Source: Acidobacteriota bacterium (GTDB lineage Bacteria > Acidobacteriota > Vicinamibacteria > Vicinamibacterales > UBA2999). From it: DNA of 50,136 bases. The stretch covers positions 1 through 50,136 of the forward strand of contig JBKPRH010000150.1 in NCBI GenBank assembly GCA_046765795.1, read 5' to 3'. Both the position numbers and the translations under genes were made by a program. The first letter of the stretch is position 1. The number at the start of each line of letters is the position of its first letter. Positions 36,075-45,482 of this stretch are shown piece after piece. The notes under the pieces are model-generated. The model made no database searches and was not told the DNA's origin. It was given only the letters and a program-made list of their open reading frames with translations.

Positions 36075-37040
36075 ATGTCGGCGTTCCCTGTCACGTGGTT
36101 CGACGGTCGTCGTGTGTCTGATGGTTCGGCTCGCGCATTCTCGATGATCGTGTTCGGCCTTGCGGCGCTCGTCGCAGGGTTCATCTGGCTCCTGGGATCG
36201 ACAAACCCGTACACACCTGCCGGCTATGTCGGATACCTCACGCGCGGCGCGGTGTTCGGCAAGTCCACCTTCTACGGCGTGCAGCGTGGGCCAACGTCCG
36301 CGGGCCGGACGTGGCTCCTCGACGTCACCAATGTCAGCATCACACCGTACACCTACAACGAGGACTTCACTGGCAACGAAACGGTGCTGAGCCGCGACAA
36401 CTTGAAGATCTCGTTTCGGGTCCACACCGTGTGGCGCGTGGACGAGACGCAGATCCCGTTGTTCATGGAACGCTACAGCACGACGGTGACCAATCATCGC
36501 GACACCGAACGCGCGCCGGACTCGATCGTCGAGGTCGCCTACAGCAACTTTGTGAAGGAGCCGCTTCGCACGTACGCGCGCGATGAAGTGCAGCGCCGCA
36601 ACGGGCTCGAGGTCAAGGACGCGCTCATTCCGATTGGCGACGCAGTGCTCTCGCGCATTCGTGCCTATGCTGCCGGCAGTCCGTTCATCGTCAGCAGCGT
36701 GGTCGTTGGCAACGTGCAGTATCCGTCGGAAGTCGCCGACGCAGTGTCGAAGAAGCTGGCCGCGACACAGGACCTGCAGCGCAAGGACACAGAGATCGAG
36801 ATCGAGCGGAAGGAACGCACGAAGCGGGAAGTGCAGGCGCAGGGCATTGCGAATGCGATGCAGATCATCCGCGGGCAGTTGAGCACGATGTACATCCAGC
36901 ACGAAGCCATCGAAGCGCAAAAGCAGATGGTGAACTCGCCCAACCACACGGTGGTGTACATCCCGGTCGGTCCGATGGGTGTTCCGCTCGCGGCAACAAT
37001 GCCCGCAGTACCGCAAACGGCGGAAGCGACCACGCGCTAG
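36075..37040 (+). CDS. SPFH/band-7 (prohibitin/HflC-like) membrane protein
   Basis: N-terminal TM (FSMIVFGLAALVAGFIWLL), SPFH core, and a C-terminal coiled coil EVADAVSKKLAATQDLQRKDTEIEIERKERTKREVQAQGIANA. GGAGG SD. Confidence 0.8.
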   Translation: MSAFPVTWFDGRRVSDGSARAFSMIVFGLAALVAGFIWLLGSTNPYTPAGYVGYLTRGAVFGKSTFYGVQRGPTSAGRTWLLDVTNVSITPYTYNEDFTGNETVLSRDNLKISFRVHTVWRVDETQIPLFMERYSTTVTNHRDTERAPDSIVEVAYSNFVKEPLRTYARDEVQRRNGLEVKDALIPIGDAVLSRIRAYAAGSPFIVSSVVVGNVQYPSEVADAVSKKLAATQDLQRKDTEIEIERKERTKREVQAQGIANAMQIIRGQLSTMYIQHEAIEAQKQMVNSPNHTVVYIPVGPMGVPLAATMPAVPQTAEATTR

Positions 37041-38558
37041 TTACTGCTTCACGGCAGCGACGGCTTTGACGAGCTCGGCGTGAGGACCGACGCCACCGTG
37101 TCCACCGACGTGGGTGGTGACCGGTAGTTTGAGCGCGTTGATCGTCTGCAGCAGATGAACGGCTTCGGGGCCCGCCGGGGCTCCGAGGCCGGGGAACCAG
37201 AGGTCGCTCTGGAAGAGAGCCCGAGCGCTCGGCACGTAGACGAGCACCATGGGCTCGACGTGCGGATTGCCGCTGACCGGATAAAGCTCCAGCGTTTGCT
37301 TGCCGTCGCTCAGTACTTTCTTCCCGTCGAAGGTCTCGAGCGTACCCGCTTTCCCGGCCTTCCTCGCATTCTCGAGCGCGTCCGGCGGGTTGGTGTGCGG
37401 CGTCTCGACGATCATCCGCACCGCCGGTTCGTGTCCCTTCTCAGCGAGGATCGTCGCGCCAACCGCAGCCAGGCCACGCACGCCGCCGGTGTGATCATAG
37501 TGATGATGCGTGACCACGGCATACCGAATCGGCTTGCCGGGGAATTGCTCGTTCAGCACGCGAGCCAGCGTCGCGCTCTGCGCCTCGGTATACGCGGCCT
37601 CGACGACGGCAAGCCACGAGGGGAACTCGACCACCATGCTGTTGTGCGAGTAGGCGCGCGCGAAGTACACGCCGTCGGCGATCTTGGTGATCGTGATGGG
37701 TGAGTAGTCGGCCGCGGTCACCGCCTTCTTCACCTCGTCGTTCGCGGACGATGGAATCGCAAACGTCGCCTCGGCTCCTTTGTCGTTCACCACTGCGGAT
37801 GCGTACTGCACCTCCGAGTAGGGCTGACCGAGCTTGCGAATCGTGATCTTGTGCGGCAGCTTCAGGCCGCCCACGTCCTTGTAGTCGGCGAACACATACT
37901 GCGACGGCGCATCTCCGAGCATCGACTCGGTGTCGAGTGCATCGAAGCCGGCGATTAACTTGGAATCAGGATCGAAGTAGACGGTGATCGCTTCGCCTGA
38001 CGGCAGCTTCGCGACCGCCGCCTTCATCGTCCGGTCCTCGAAGGTCTTGTCCTGCGGTGACTCGTTTGACGAAGACTGTGCCGCGGCCAGCGCGATCGCG
38101 ATCGCGTTGCGCTTCAACAGGAACTCGGGATGGTTCTGTGTGCCCCAGCTGAAGAGCCCTGACGAGGACATCACGGCGAGTGGGCGACCGGCCACGTCCT
38201 CGAGTCCTACCGTACGTCCGTCGGCTGTCTTGGTCAGAATCTCGCGGCGATGCTGGCTGAACGGGCCGATCTGTATCTCGTAGTCGAGCGCGGCGCGACC
38301 GTTGACACGATCGAACGTCTCGATCACGTTCTTCAGCATGCCGGCTGGTTCGGCGTCGCCAACCTTGACCGATTGTCCGTGGCGGTATCTCGTCCCGACG
38401 CCGCCCTTCATCGTCAAGGTGTTCACGCGCTTGACGCGCTCGGCTCCGCCCATCGCGTCGATGGCGTCCTGGCCGAGCTGACGCGAGGTTGGCGCGCTCG
38501 AACATGCCGTCAGGGTGACGGCGATTCCGACAAGGCAGAGTACGCGCGCAATGGACAT
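37041..38558 (-). CDS. Lipoprotein with a C-terminal metallo-beta-lactamase-fold hydrolase domain
   Basis: Lipobox LTACSS. HHHYDHTGG (HxHxDH). An N-terminal roughly 260-aa domain is not recognised. Confidence 0.8.
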   Translation of the reverse strand: MSIARVLCLVGIAVTLTACSSAPTSRQLGQDAIDAMGGAERVKRVNTLTMKGGVGTRYRHGQSVKVGDAEPAGMLKNVIETFDRVNGRAALDYEIQIGPFSQHRREILTKTADGRTVGLEDVAGRPLAVMSSSGLFSWGTQNHPEFLLKRNAIAIALAAAQSSSNESPQDKTFEDRTMKAAVAKLPSGEAITVYFDPDSKLIAGFDALDTESMLGDAPSQYVFADYKDVGGLKLPHKITIRKLGQPYSEVQYASAVVNDKGAEATFAIPSSANDEVKKAVTAADYSPITITKIADGVYFARAYSHNSMVVEFPSWLAVVEAAYTEAQSATLARVLNEQFPGKPIRYAVVTHHHYDHTGGVRGLAAVGATILAEKGHEPAVRMIVETPHTNPPDALENARKAGKAGTLETFDGKKVLSDGKQTLELYPVSGNPHVEPMVLVYVPSARALFQSDLWFPGLGAPAGPEAVHLLQTINALKLPVTTHVGGHGGVGPHAELVKAVAAVKQ

Positions 38559-38595
38559 CGAATCCTCCAGCGCGCGTAAATTTAGCAGAGGGTGG

Positions 38596-39267
38596 CTAGA
38601 ATCTCATTCCGACGCCGACCGTGAACTGCGAGAACGAGAAGGACTCGACGTGGAATACCTCTCGGTAGCGGTAGCCCACATCCACGTAGGTCCGCCCGGC
38701 GGCGATTCCTACACCGGCGACAACCTCAGCCATCGGTCGAAACGTACTGTTCCTGTCCGTGTCGATGAAGCCATCGGGCGCGCCGAATGTCTCGAGCACA
38801 GAATCGGTGATGTCGCCGAGTGACGGCTCGGTAATCTTTCGAAAAATGTTCAGTATCCCTGGTCCTCCCCCGATGTAGGGGCGGAAGGCGGGCCCGCGCA
38901 ACAGGAGGTAGCGCGCGCCGCCACTGAATGCCAGGCCGCGGTCATGGCCCTGAAGCACCCACGGCCTGCCGGTGGCAATGGTCAGGTAGTTCGAGAGGTT
39001 GTTCAAATTGCTGGCGGCTTGATCGTTGAACACGTCGTCGAAGTAGTGAAACGCTGCGTACGCCTGGACCCTCGAGTTGATCCGTTCGCCGATTTCAACG
39101 CCGAATGTTGCCGCACGCGCGTCACTGAAAGAGGCGCCCGCGGCCGCGGTCATGTATCCGTTCTCCAGAGGGCCTTTCGAAGCGACACGTGCTTGCTGGG
39201 CCTCGGCCATGGTCGCTGTCAGCAGGACGAGACAGGGCACCAGCGACGCAAACCTGAACGCAGTCAT
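38596..39267 (-). CDS. Small outer-membrane beta-barrel protein (OmpW/OmpA-N-like)
   Basis: Start at MTAFRFASLVPCLVLLTATMAEAQQ (GGAG 6 nt upstream). Alternating hydrophobic beta strands. C-terminal aromatic residue ...VGVGMRF. Confidence 0.7.
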   Translation of the reverse strand: MTAFRFASLVPCLVLLTATMAEAQQARVASKGPLENGYMTAAAGASFSDARAATFGVEIGERINSRVQAYAAFHYFDDVFNDQAASNLNNLSNYLTIATGRPWVLQGHDRGLAFSGGARYLLLRGPAFRPYIGGGPGILNIFRKITEPSLGDITDSVLETFGAPDGFIDTDRNSTFRPMAEVVAGVGIAAGRTYVDVGYRYREVFHVESFSFSQFTVGVGMRF

Positions 39268-39305
39268 GCGTAACTCCAATAAGAGTGATCCCGAACTGCA
39301 GGCGC

Positions 39306-39875
39306 TCACCGGCGTGTGGCGGTGAAGTCGTGTGTGGCCACCAGCGAGCCGACACCGATCGGAGGAATGTCGGTCGTCGTGAAAACGTTATACGTGCTCG
39401 TCACTCTGCCAAAAATCTGAGTGCCGTTCCACGACGCGGTGACACTCGAACCCAGGAGTTTCAATTCACGCGGAACTCCGTTGGCACATATCACGACGAG
39501 GCCGGTCCGATCGCAGGATGTCGCGTTCAGAGCGACAGTCGAACCCGACGCGGTTCCCGTGTACCGACACGCCAGTCCACTGCTCTCCGTCGTGATTGTG
39601 GCGTTCAGCGTGTCGCCGTTTGGCGATAGCGTGAACGTAGCGGTATCCAGGGTAGGAAGGAAGGTCGGGATGACGTCGCCGACCACACACTCGCCGCCGC
39701 TTGTGCCGAGCAGCGTCATCGGCCCGCTCCAGATGCCTTGCACGCTGGGGGTGAACAGCGAAGCGGCGGCCGGGTTCGGCTGGCGCAGGTCATTGCAGCC
39801 GGTGGCTACCACAGTGAAAAGGATCATCACGACGCGGACGACACCCCTTGTGTTCATGCCGATCGCTTTGTGCAA
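39306..39875 (-). CDS. Hypothetical lipoprotein (beta-rich, 4 Cys)
   Basis: Lipobox VVATGC. T/S/G-rich beta-type sequence. TTG 39875 (GAGGTG upstream) or ATG 39857 as start. The stop overlaps the maximal downstream ORF. Confidence 0.6.
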   Translation of the reverse strand: MHKAIGMNTRGVVRVVMILFTVVATGCNDLRQPNPAAASLFTPSVQGIWSGPMTLLGTSGGECVVGDVIPTFLPTLDTATFTLSPNGDTLNATITTESSGLACRYTGTASGSTVALNATSCDRTGLVVICANGVPRELKLLGSSVTASWNGTQIFGRVTSTYNVFTTTDIPPIGVGSLVATHDFTATRR

Positions 39876-39972
39876 GAAACGTGCACCTCAAAATTCCATG
39901 CGGATTCGATTGCACCGCAACTGAAGTCTGGGTGAACCATGAAATCACTCTGGCGGAAGGTGGAGAACAGGA

Positions 39973-41382
39973 TCACTCGGAGCGCTCGAACACGATCCGC
40001 TGATCGTCGGCGTAGGTGCGCAACATTGCACGGTCGTTTTCGAGACGATGGGCGAGTGGTGAATCAGTCGCGACCACCGCACAACGGATTCCGTACTCGC
40101 GAAACACCTTCAGATACTCGCCGTGCAGGTCGGCCTCGCGACTCTGTTTGAGCAGATCGAGCGGATACGCATTCATCCGGCTATCGACGAATATTGGCCG
40201 AGAGGGAAGAGCCCACATTAGATAGCCACCGTCTTCGAGCCGGTTGAACAGACGGTCGGGACACTTGCGAACGGCTTCAATCAATGACGGCGACAGCGGT
40301 TGCCATCCCAATCGTTCGCCGCCGTCTTGCCAGCGTGCCCGAACGACCAGTACCGCGACAGCGACCGCGAGCGCGAGCATCACGTACGCCAAGCGACCGA
40401 CGGGCCGCAGCCTGCGCTGAGTGGCCTCTTGCCAGGTGCACAGACGTGACAGCACCGGCGCGGCGATTACGGCGAAGAACGCAACGTTTCGGGACGCGCC
40501 GACCGATGCTGCAGCCAGCAGCAGCGCAGCGACGAGGAGAGCGCGATCGGCACGGCTCCAATCACGCAGCGTGTCACGTCGTGCCCAGGTCATGACGACC
40601 AGCGTCACGGCGGCGATCCAGAACGGGAGACTCGCGGCGTCGAGCGGCGCTCGGTATTCGTGTAACTCGAGTGCTCTGGAGATCGACACGGTGTTCACCG
40701 CTTCGGTCCAGTAATACCAGCCGCCCGGAGACACCATCACAGCTGCTGCACACGCCACGGCAATGAGCACGTCGCGCACCGCGCGCGCTCTCGACCAGAC
40801 GATCGCCTCGAGGGCAACAGCTCCAGCGAGAAGTACACCGAAGACCACCTGCGGATGTGCGTTCGCCCACACGACGCAGAGCAGCGGCAGCCACGCCGTG
40901 CGATCGTGCACGACGAGGTACGACGCAAGCACCATGAGCGCAAGGCTGATGACCTGCGGGCGGACCGCCCACTCGGGCGCGGTCGCGATCATGAGAAACA
41001 GCAGGAGAACGAGGCGGGCTTCCCAGGGACCTCGAATGAGACGCCACGATCCGTAGACCGCAATGAAGCCGCACGCGCCAGCGAAGACGGTGAGCAGCAG
41101 CGGGCCTCCCCACGTGAACAACGCGTAGAACGTGAGTTGGCTCAGCCACCAGTAATTGCGAAACTCACGGCCGAGGGCCGTGTGCGAGAAAGGTTCGGCG
41201 GTGAGAAATGAGCCGGTCTCCCACATGGCCTGCCCTGACCGAAGGTGCCACCATGTGTCGTTCTGCGCCGGCGTCAACCAGACGAATGCTGCGAGGCCGA
41301 TAAAGAGGAGCAGGGAAACAAATGTCTCGTCGGTCAGGACGGACCGTCGTGAGATGGAGGCGATCACGGGAACCCGGACCAC
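39973..41382 (-). CDS. Polytopic inner-membrane protein, GT-C / O-antigen-polymerase-like topology (function unknown)
   Basis: At least 10 hydrophobic helices. An early loop with NDTWWHLRSGQ, and a soluble C-terminal roughly 110 aa. No STT3 WWDYG motif seen. Confidence 0.6.
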   Translation of the reverse strand: MVRVPVIASISRRSVLTDETFVSLLLFIGLAAFVWLTPAQNDTWWHLRSGQAMWETGSFLTAEPFSHTALGREFRNYWWLSQLTFYALFTWGGPLLLTVFAGACGFIAVYGSWRLIRGPWEARLVLLLFLMIATAPEWAVRPQVISLALMVLASYLVVHDRTAWLPLLCVVWANAHPQVVFGVLLAGAVALEAIVWSRARAVRDVLIAVACAAAVMVSPGGWYYWTEAVNTVSISRALELHEYRAPLDAASLPFWIAAVTLVVMTWARRDTLRDWSRADRALLVAALLLAAASVGASRNVAFFAVIAAPVLSRLCTWQEATQRRLRPVGRLAYVMLALAVAVAVLVVRARWQDGGERLGWQPLSPSLIEAVRKCPDRLFNRLEDGGYLMWALPSRPIFVDSRMNAYPLDLLKQSREADLHGEYLKVFREYGIRCAVVATDSPLAHRLENDRAMLRTYADDQRIVFERSE

Positions 41383-42656
41383 GTGACGATGGTGCGATAG
41401 CGGACCGCCTCACCGTTCCTGGTTGCCGGACTGAATCTCCATAACTTTGCGCCGCTCAACAGCATCATGTCGGGCATACGCGTCGGACCGTTGACGAGAC
41501 GCACGCGTTCGACAGTGCCATCGGCGGCGACGACCAACTCCATTCGGTTGATGACGGTCACATCCGCATTCCTGGCCACGAAGACGGTTGGCGGCAGAGA
41601 CGGGTACAGCATGACCGGCGGCTGCACGTCGGCGTCTGCGGCGGAGTAGATCGTCGTGGTCGCGCCCTCGTGCGGTGCCACCACGTACTCGCGCGTCGCC
41701 GCAACCAGTGGACCGGTTGCTTTCGTCGTCTCGCGTGTCGGTGTTTCCGGTACCTGCGGTCGCGCTTCAGACGCGCGAATGGCTGACGGATCGAATAAGG
41801 GCGCCGGGGTCTGAGCCAGAACATCTGCGCGTGGCGTGCGGTCCCGTGGAGTCGATTGCGCGCGAGCGCTTGCGCTCTGTGCCGGCCCCCGTTCGGCGAC
41901 AGTCGATTTCGACGTTTGCCGCTTACCGTTCGTCGGTGTTGGACTCGCGTCCTTCGCTGTTGCCGGCGCCTCAGCGGTCGCCGCCGCAGCATTCGTCGGC
42001 GCGACTCCGGATGCAGCGGCGTTGCCGCCGCCGCCGAGCACGCCAAACCAGATCACAGCCGCGAGACTCACCACGCAGACGGCGACTGCCGCCGGCATGA
42101 GCCATTGCGGTGTGCCGCGTCGGTCCTCGGGAAACTCGTCGCCTCGGGCCGGGTTGTTTGGAAGCGGCGGGGGAGTCGTCGACCGTACCGATGTCGACGA
42201 CGCCTGCGCTAACGGAGCGATACTTCGATGGCGCTCGTAAAGGGCGCGAATCATGTCGCTGCGTCCAGGCTTGCCGAAGTAGGCGAGCGCGTCTGTGAAC
42301 GCCTTGAGCGATTTGTGGGTCTCAGGTGCGTTCGCCTGGGTGACAAAGAGCCGGAGGGGCAGTGGGACGTCGGCGGTTGCGAGCAGCGTATGCAGCGCTC
42401 GCCCGGCGGCGACAGGGCCGCGTTCCCCGCGGCGCGCGGCGTTGATTCTCACCGCGCCCTGGTCGTCAATCAGGACGTCTTCGAACGCCGGAATCGGTGC
42501 GTCCCCCCCGCCGCCTGCAGTGATCGTTTCCAGGATCTCCTGCAGCAGAGCGACTGCCTCGTCCCAGCGAATGGGGACCCCACGCGCCAAGATGTCGCTT
42601 ACACGCACAGGCCCATCCTGTTCAGAGGCGAACTCATTGAGGAACTCGGTGCTCAC
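41364..42656 (-). CDS. Bitopic protein: cytoplasmic N-domain, TM helix, P/A-rich linker, TonB-C-like domain
   Basis: TM WLMPAAVAVCVVSLAAVIWFGVL. C-terminus ELVVAADGTVERVRLVNGP...AKLWRFSPATRNGEAVRY resembles the TonB C-terminal fold. The N-terminal 150 aa is unassigned. Confidence 0.6.
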   Translation of the reverse strand: MSTEFLNEFASEQDGPVRVSDILARGVPIRWDEAVALLQEILETITAGGGGDAPIPAFEDVLIDDQGAVRINAARRGERGPVAAGRALHTLLATADVPLPLRLFVTQANAPETHKSLKAFTDALAYFGKPGRSDMIRALYERHRSIAPLAQASSTSVRSTTPPPLPNNPARGDEFPEDRRGTPQWLMPAAVAVCVVSLAAVIWFGVLGGGGNAAASGVAPTNAAAATAEAPATAKDASPTPTNGKRQTSKSTVAERGPAQSASARAQSTPRDRTPRADVLAQTPAPLFDPSAIRASEARPQVPETPTRETTKATGPLVAATREYVVAPHEGATTTIYSAADADVQPPVMLYPSLPPTVFVARNADVTVINRMELVVAADGTVERVRLVNGPTRMPDMMLLSGAKLWRFSPATRNGEAVRYRTIVTWSGFP

Positions 42657-42770
42657 CGGCGAACTCCAGACGACTGTCTGCTCCGGCCCAGACAGTTAAT
42701 GCCATATGGTCCAGTAACGGCCGATTCGGGGGCCACCATCGGGGAATACGGTTTGCTCCCTCTAGCGGCC

Positions 42771-43460
42771 ATGACCATTGCTCCCCGACATCTCTCCCGA
42801 CTGACCAACGGGATTGGCTTCACTGTTTTTGCCGTCTGGGCCGCAGTGACCCTGAGCAAGATGCCTGCCGTGGGCATCATGCTGGCGCCCACGTTTTTGA
42901 TGGAAGTGGCCGTCGCGATCTCGTTCCTCATCCGGGACGAACCCAAAGCGGTGACCAAGACACTGCGTGCCCGCGTAAGTGCCTATGGCGGCTCGTTCTT
43001 CGCGCTCGTCTTTCTCCAAATCGGACAGCGGTGGCATCCCGAATGGTTCGCGCCTCAGTTCACGCCATTTACGCCAATCGCAATCGTCCTGTGGCTGGGG
43101 GGCACACTCTTGACGGTCTACGCGGTCTGGCATCTGCGCTATGCGTTCAGCATCGAACCCGCTGCGCGCCGGCTCGTGACCTCGGGTCCGTACACCTTCG
43201 CGCGGCATCCTGTGTATACGGGCTACTTCGCCCAGTATCTCGGCATGCTGATCACGCTTCCCTCGGTACCCTTCGCGCTGGCCCTGACGCTGTGGGCCGC
43301 AGCGATGATCGACCGGATGTACCTGGAGGAAGCGGTCCTGCGTGAAGCCTTCCCGGAGTACGTCGACTACAAGCGTCGCGTCGGGGCACTCTTCCCGCGG
43401 CCCGTGCGCCGTGCCGCTCGAGCCGCCACTGCACAGCAGCCTGACGTCGCCAGCGTTTGA
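42771..43460 (+). CDS. Isoprenylcysteine carboxyl / phospholipid methyltransferase family membrane protein
   Basis: Start at MTIAPRHLS. LVTSGPYTFARHPVYTGYF motif and multiple TM helices. The ORF track start at 42228 is antisense to the TonB-like gene and is rejected. Confidence 0.75.
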   Translation: MTIAPRHLSRLTNGIGFTVFAVWAAVTLSKMPAVGIMLAPTFLMEVAVAISFLIRDEPKAVTKTLRARVSAYGGSFFALVFLQIGQRWHPEWFAPQFTPFTPIAIVLWLGGTLLTVYAVWHLRYAFSIEPAARRLVTSGPYTFARHPVYTGYFAQYLGMLITLPSVPFALALTLWAAAMIDRMYLEEAVLREAFPEYVDYKRRVGALFPRPVRRAARAATAQQPDVASV

Positions 43461-43481
43461 CATCACGTGCCTTTCAAGGGG

Positions 43482-45482
43482 CTACTGCAACGGCGAGTAG
43501 TAGCCGCCCCTGCTCCTGATCTCGATGTCGCGCGTTCGCGGTCGAATCTCGACCGTTCGCCACTGACCATCACGTTTGCGATTGGTCGACTGGTAGCCGA
43601 GCACGTAACGCCGGCGCAATTCATCGAGAATCTTCTGGTAGTCACTCGCCAGCGTGGTGACATCGCTCGGAAAGTACGCGGCACCGCCTGAGCGCTGGGC
43701 AAGCAGACGCAAGCGGTCGTGCTCGACGCGGCTGCCGATGCCTACCGCATACACCGTCGCATCCGTCTGCGCCAGCTTGTCGAGGACTTCGTCCCAACTG
43801 CGAAGGCTTCCGGGTCCGTTCGAGGTGGCGTTCTCGTCAATGCCGTCGGTCACGACGACGAGGACGCGGCGCGTGTCGCGCGCTTTCGCCAACTGCACCA
43901 GCGAGTCGTACAACGCGTCGTAGAGAGCGGTGCCTCCATCGGCCACGTAGTTGTCGATCGCGGCGCGCGTCGCCTCGCGCTTGTCCGTGGGTGCCTCAAT
44001 CGCTTCGGCCTTGGTGGCGAACATCATCAAGCCGACCTGATCTTCGGGCCGCATCGCGTCGATGAATTCGCGGGCCGCCTCCTGGGCACGTGCGGCGCTC
44101 TTCTTCATGCTGCCGCTGGCATCCAGCGCCATCATGAACGTCACCGGCTGCACCGCCTCCTGGAATACATCCATCTCCTGCTTCACGCCGTCCTCGAAGA
44201 CATCGATATCTTCGCGAGTGAGCGCCGCGGGTACTTGTCCGGTGCCGACGCCCGTGAACTCGATCGAGGCGCGGACCGGCGGCGGGATGGGTGCGGTGTA
44301 ACCCTTCCTGGCGCGCACGCGGTAGGTCTCATTGGCCGTTTTGACCTCGATGGCCCGCCACGTGCCGTCGCGATCCTGGTTCTTGGGTGTGTAGCCGAGC
44401 AGGTAATGGTTACGGACCTCGTTGGCGATCGCGTCATACGCGACGACGAGATCGCGCTCATCGCGAGGAAACCAGGCGCGACCGCCGGTGTCCTCGGCCA
44501 ATCCCTTGAGGAGCTTCTCGCCCTTCAGCGAAATACCCGCGATCCCGCCAAGTCCGACGACATAGAGCGTGATGCCGCTACTTTTCAATGCAGCAGTCGC
44601 CTGATCGATTTTCGAGTCACTGTTTTCATCGTAGCCATCGGTGATCAGCACGACGGCCTTGCGCCGTGTGGACGATGTCAACGTACTCGCGGCCTGGCCA
44701 AGCGCGTCGAGGATCGCGGTTCCGCCCTTGTGATGGATGGCGCTTATCGCGTCGAGCACCGTAGCTCGGTCGGTGGTCGGCCCAGTGACCGCGCCGATCG
44801 TTTTGGTGAATGGTGCGACCACGATCTCATCCGCCGCACCGAGCGGCTCGATCAACCGAGACGCCGCAGCACGCACGGCGTCCGAACGAATCGCCATGCT
44901 CTGGCTGCTGTCGACGAGCAGTGCGAAGAGGGCCGGGTCGCGATCCTGGCGAAGATAGTCGAGCTTCTGTGATTCGCCGTTTTCGAACAGGCTGAATTCC
45001 TTGTCGGTCAGGTCTTTGACGTAGTGCCCCTTCTCGTCCACCACCACGGCATCGACCGACACGCTCGACACCGAGGTCGCTTCTTCCACCTCCAGCGGCT
45101 TCAAAACCATGGTGTCGCGGATCATCGCTCCGGACGGGAGCTCCGCTTCGACCATCAGCTCGCGCGCTTCGAACGGGTTCTCATCCGACCACAACGCGTC
45201 GTAGGGTGGGCCGTCGGTATCGGCTGACAGGAACAGCTTGTCCACGTAAAACTGCACGTGCACCGGCTGCGGGCCGTCAACTCTGGCGACAATGCGGATC
45301 GTTCCCGGCAAACCAGTACGGCCAAGGGGAGAGGTGATGCGGATCGACGGATCGGCACCGCGCGCAGACGTAGCGACACCCATCGCGAGCGCTGCACCAA
45401 CCACCAGCGCGACGAGGGAGGCGCGACCGATCACACGAAGACCGGCGCCGGCTCGTGATCGTCGACGAAGTAACTGGCGCAT
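43482..45482 (-). CDS. Secreted protein with two tandem VWA modules (VWFA-related acidobacterial type)
   Basis: Signal peptide. Two repeats of the same architecture: V.V.V.D..G..V.DLT..DF.(V/L)FE(D/N)G, MIDAS LVDSSQSM / ALDASGSM, GGTA(I/L)(L/Y)DAL, ITDG/VTDG, and a tail YLLGYTPKNQDRDGTWR / YVLGYQSTNRKRDGQWR. ATG 45482 has GGAGG 4 nt upstream; GTG 45434 (GTGA overlap) is an alternative. Confidence 0.85.
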   Translation of the reverse strand: MRQLLRRRSRAGAGLRVIGRASLVALVVGAALAMGVATSARGADPSIRITSPLGRTGLPGTIRIVARVDGPQPVHVQFYVDKLFLSADTDGPPYDALWSDENPFEARELMVEAELPSGAMIRDTMVLKPLEVEEATSVSSVSVDAVVVDEKGHYVKDLTDKEFSLFENGESQKLDYLRQDRDPALFALLVDSSQSMAIRSDAVRAAASRLIEPLGAADEIVVAPFTKTIGAVTGPTTDRATVLDAISAIHHKGGTAILDALGQAASTLTSSTRRKAVVLITDGYDENSDSKIDQATAALKSSGITLYVVGLGGIAGISLKGEKLLKGLAEDTGGRAWFPRDERDLVVAYDAIANEVRNHYLLGYTPKNQDRDGTWRAIEVKTANETYRVRARKGYTAPIPPPVRASIEFTGVGTGQVPAALTREDIDVFEDGVKQEMDVFQEAVQPVTFMMALDASGSMKKSAARAQEAAREFIDAMRPEDQVGLMMFATKAEAIEAPTDKREATRAAIDNYVADGGTALYDALYDSLVQLAKARDTRRVLVVVTDGIDENATSNGPGSLRSWDEVLDKLAQTDATVYAVGIGSRVEHDRLRLLAQRSGGAAYFPSDVTTLASDYQKILDELRRRYVLGYQSTNRKRDGQWRTVEIRPRTRDIEIRSRGGYYSPLQ

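Noticed and set aside
39973-41382. Possibility that the polytopic membrane protein is a PglB/STT3 oligosaccharyltransferase completing the glycan locus.
   Set aside because: No WWDYG-type motif was seen. It is about 22 kb from the glycosyltransferase cluster and only 469 aa long, so only a generic GT-C-like topology can be claimed.
42228-42770. N-terminal 181 codons of ORF 42228..43460, fused in frame to the ICMT-family methyltransferase.
   Set aside because: This part is antisense to the TonB-C-domain gene and has no membrane or methyltransferase features. The recognisable protein begins at ATG 42771.
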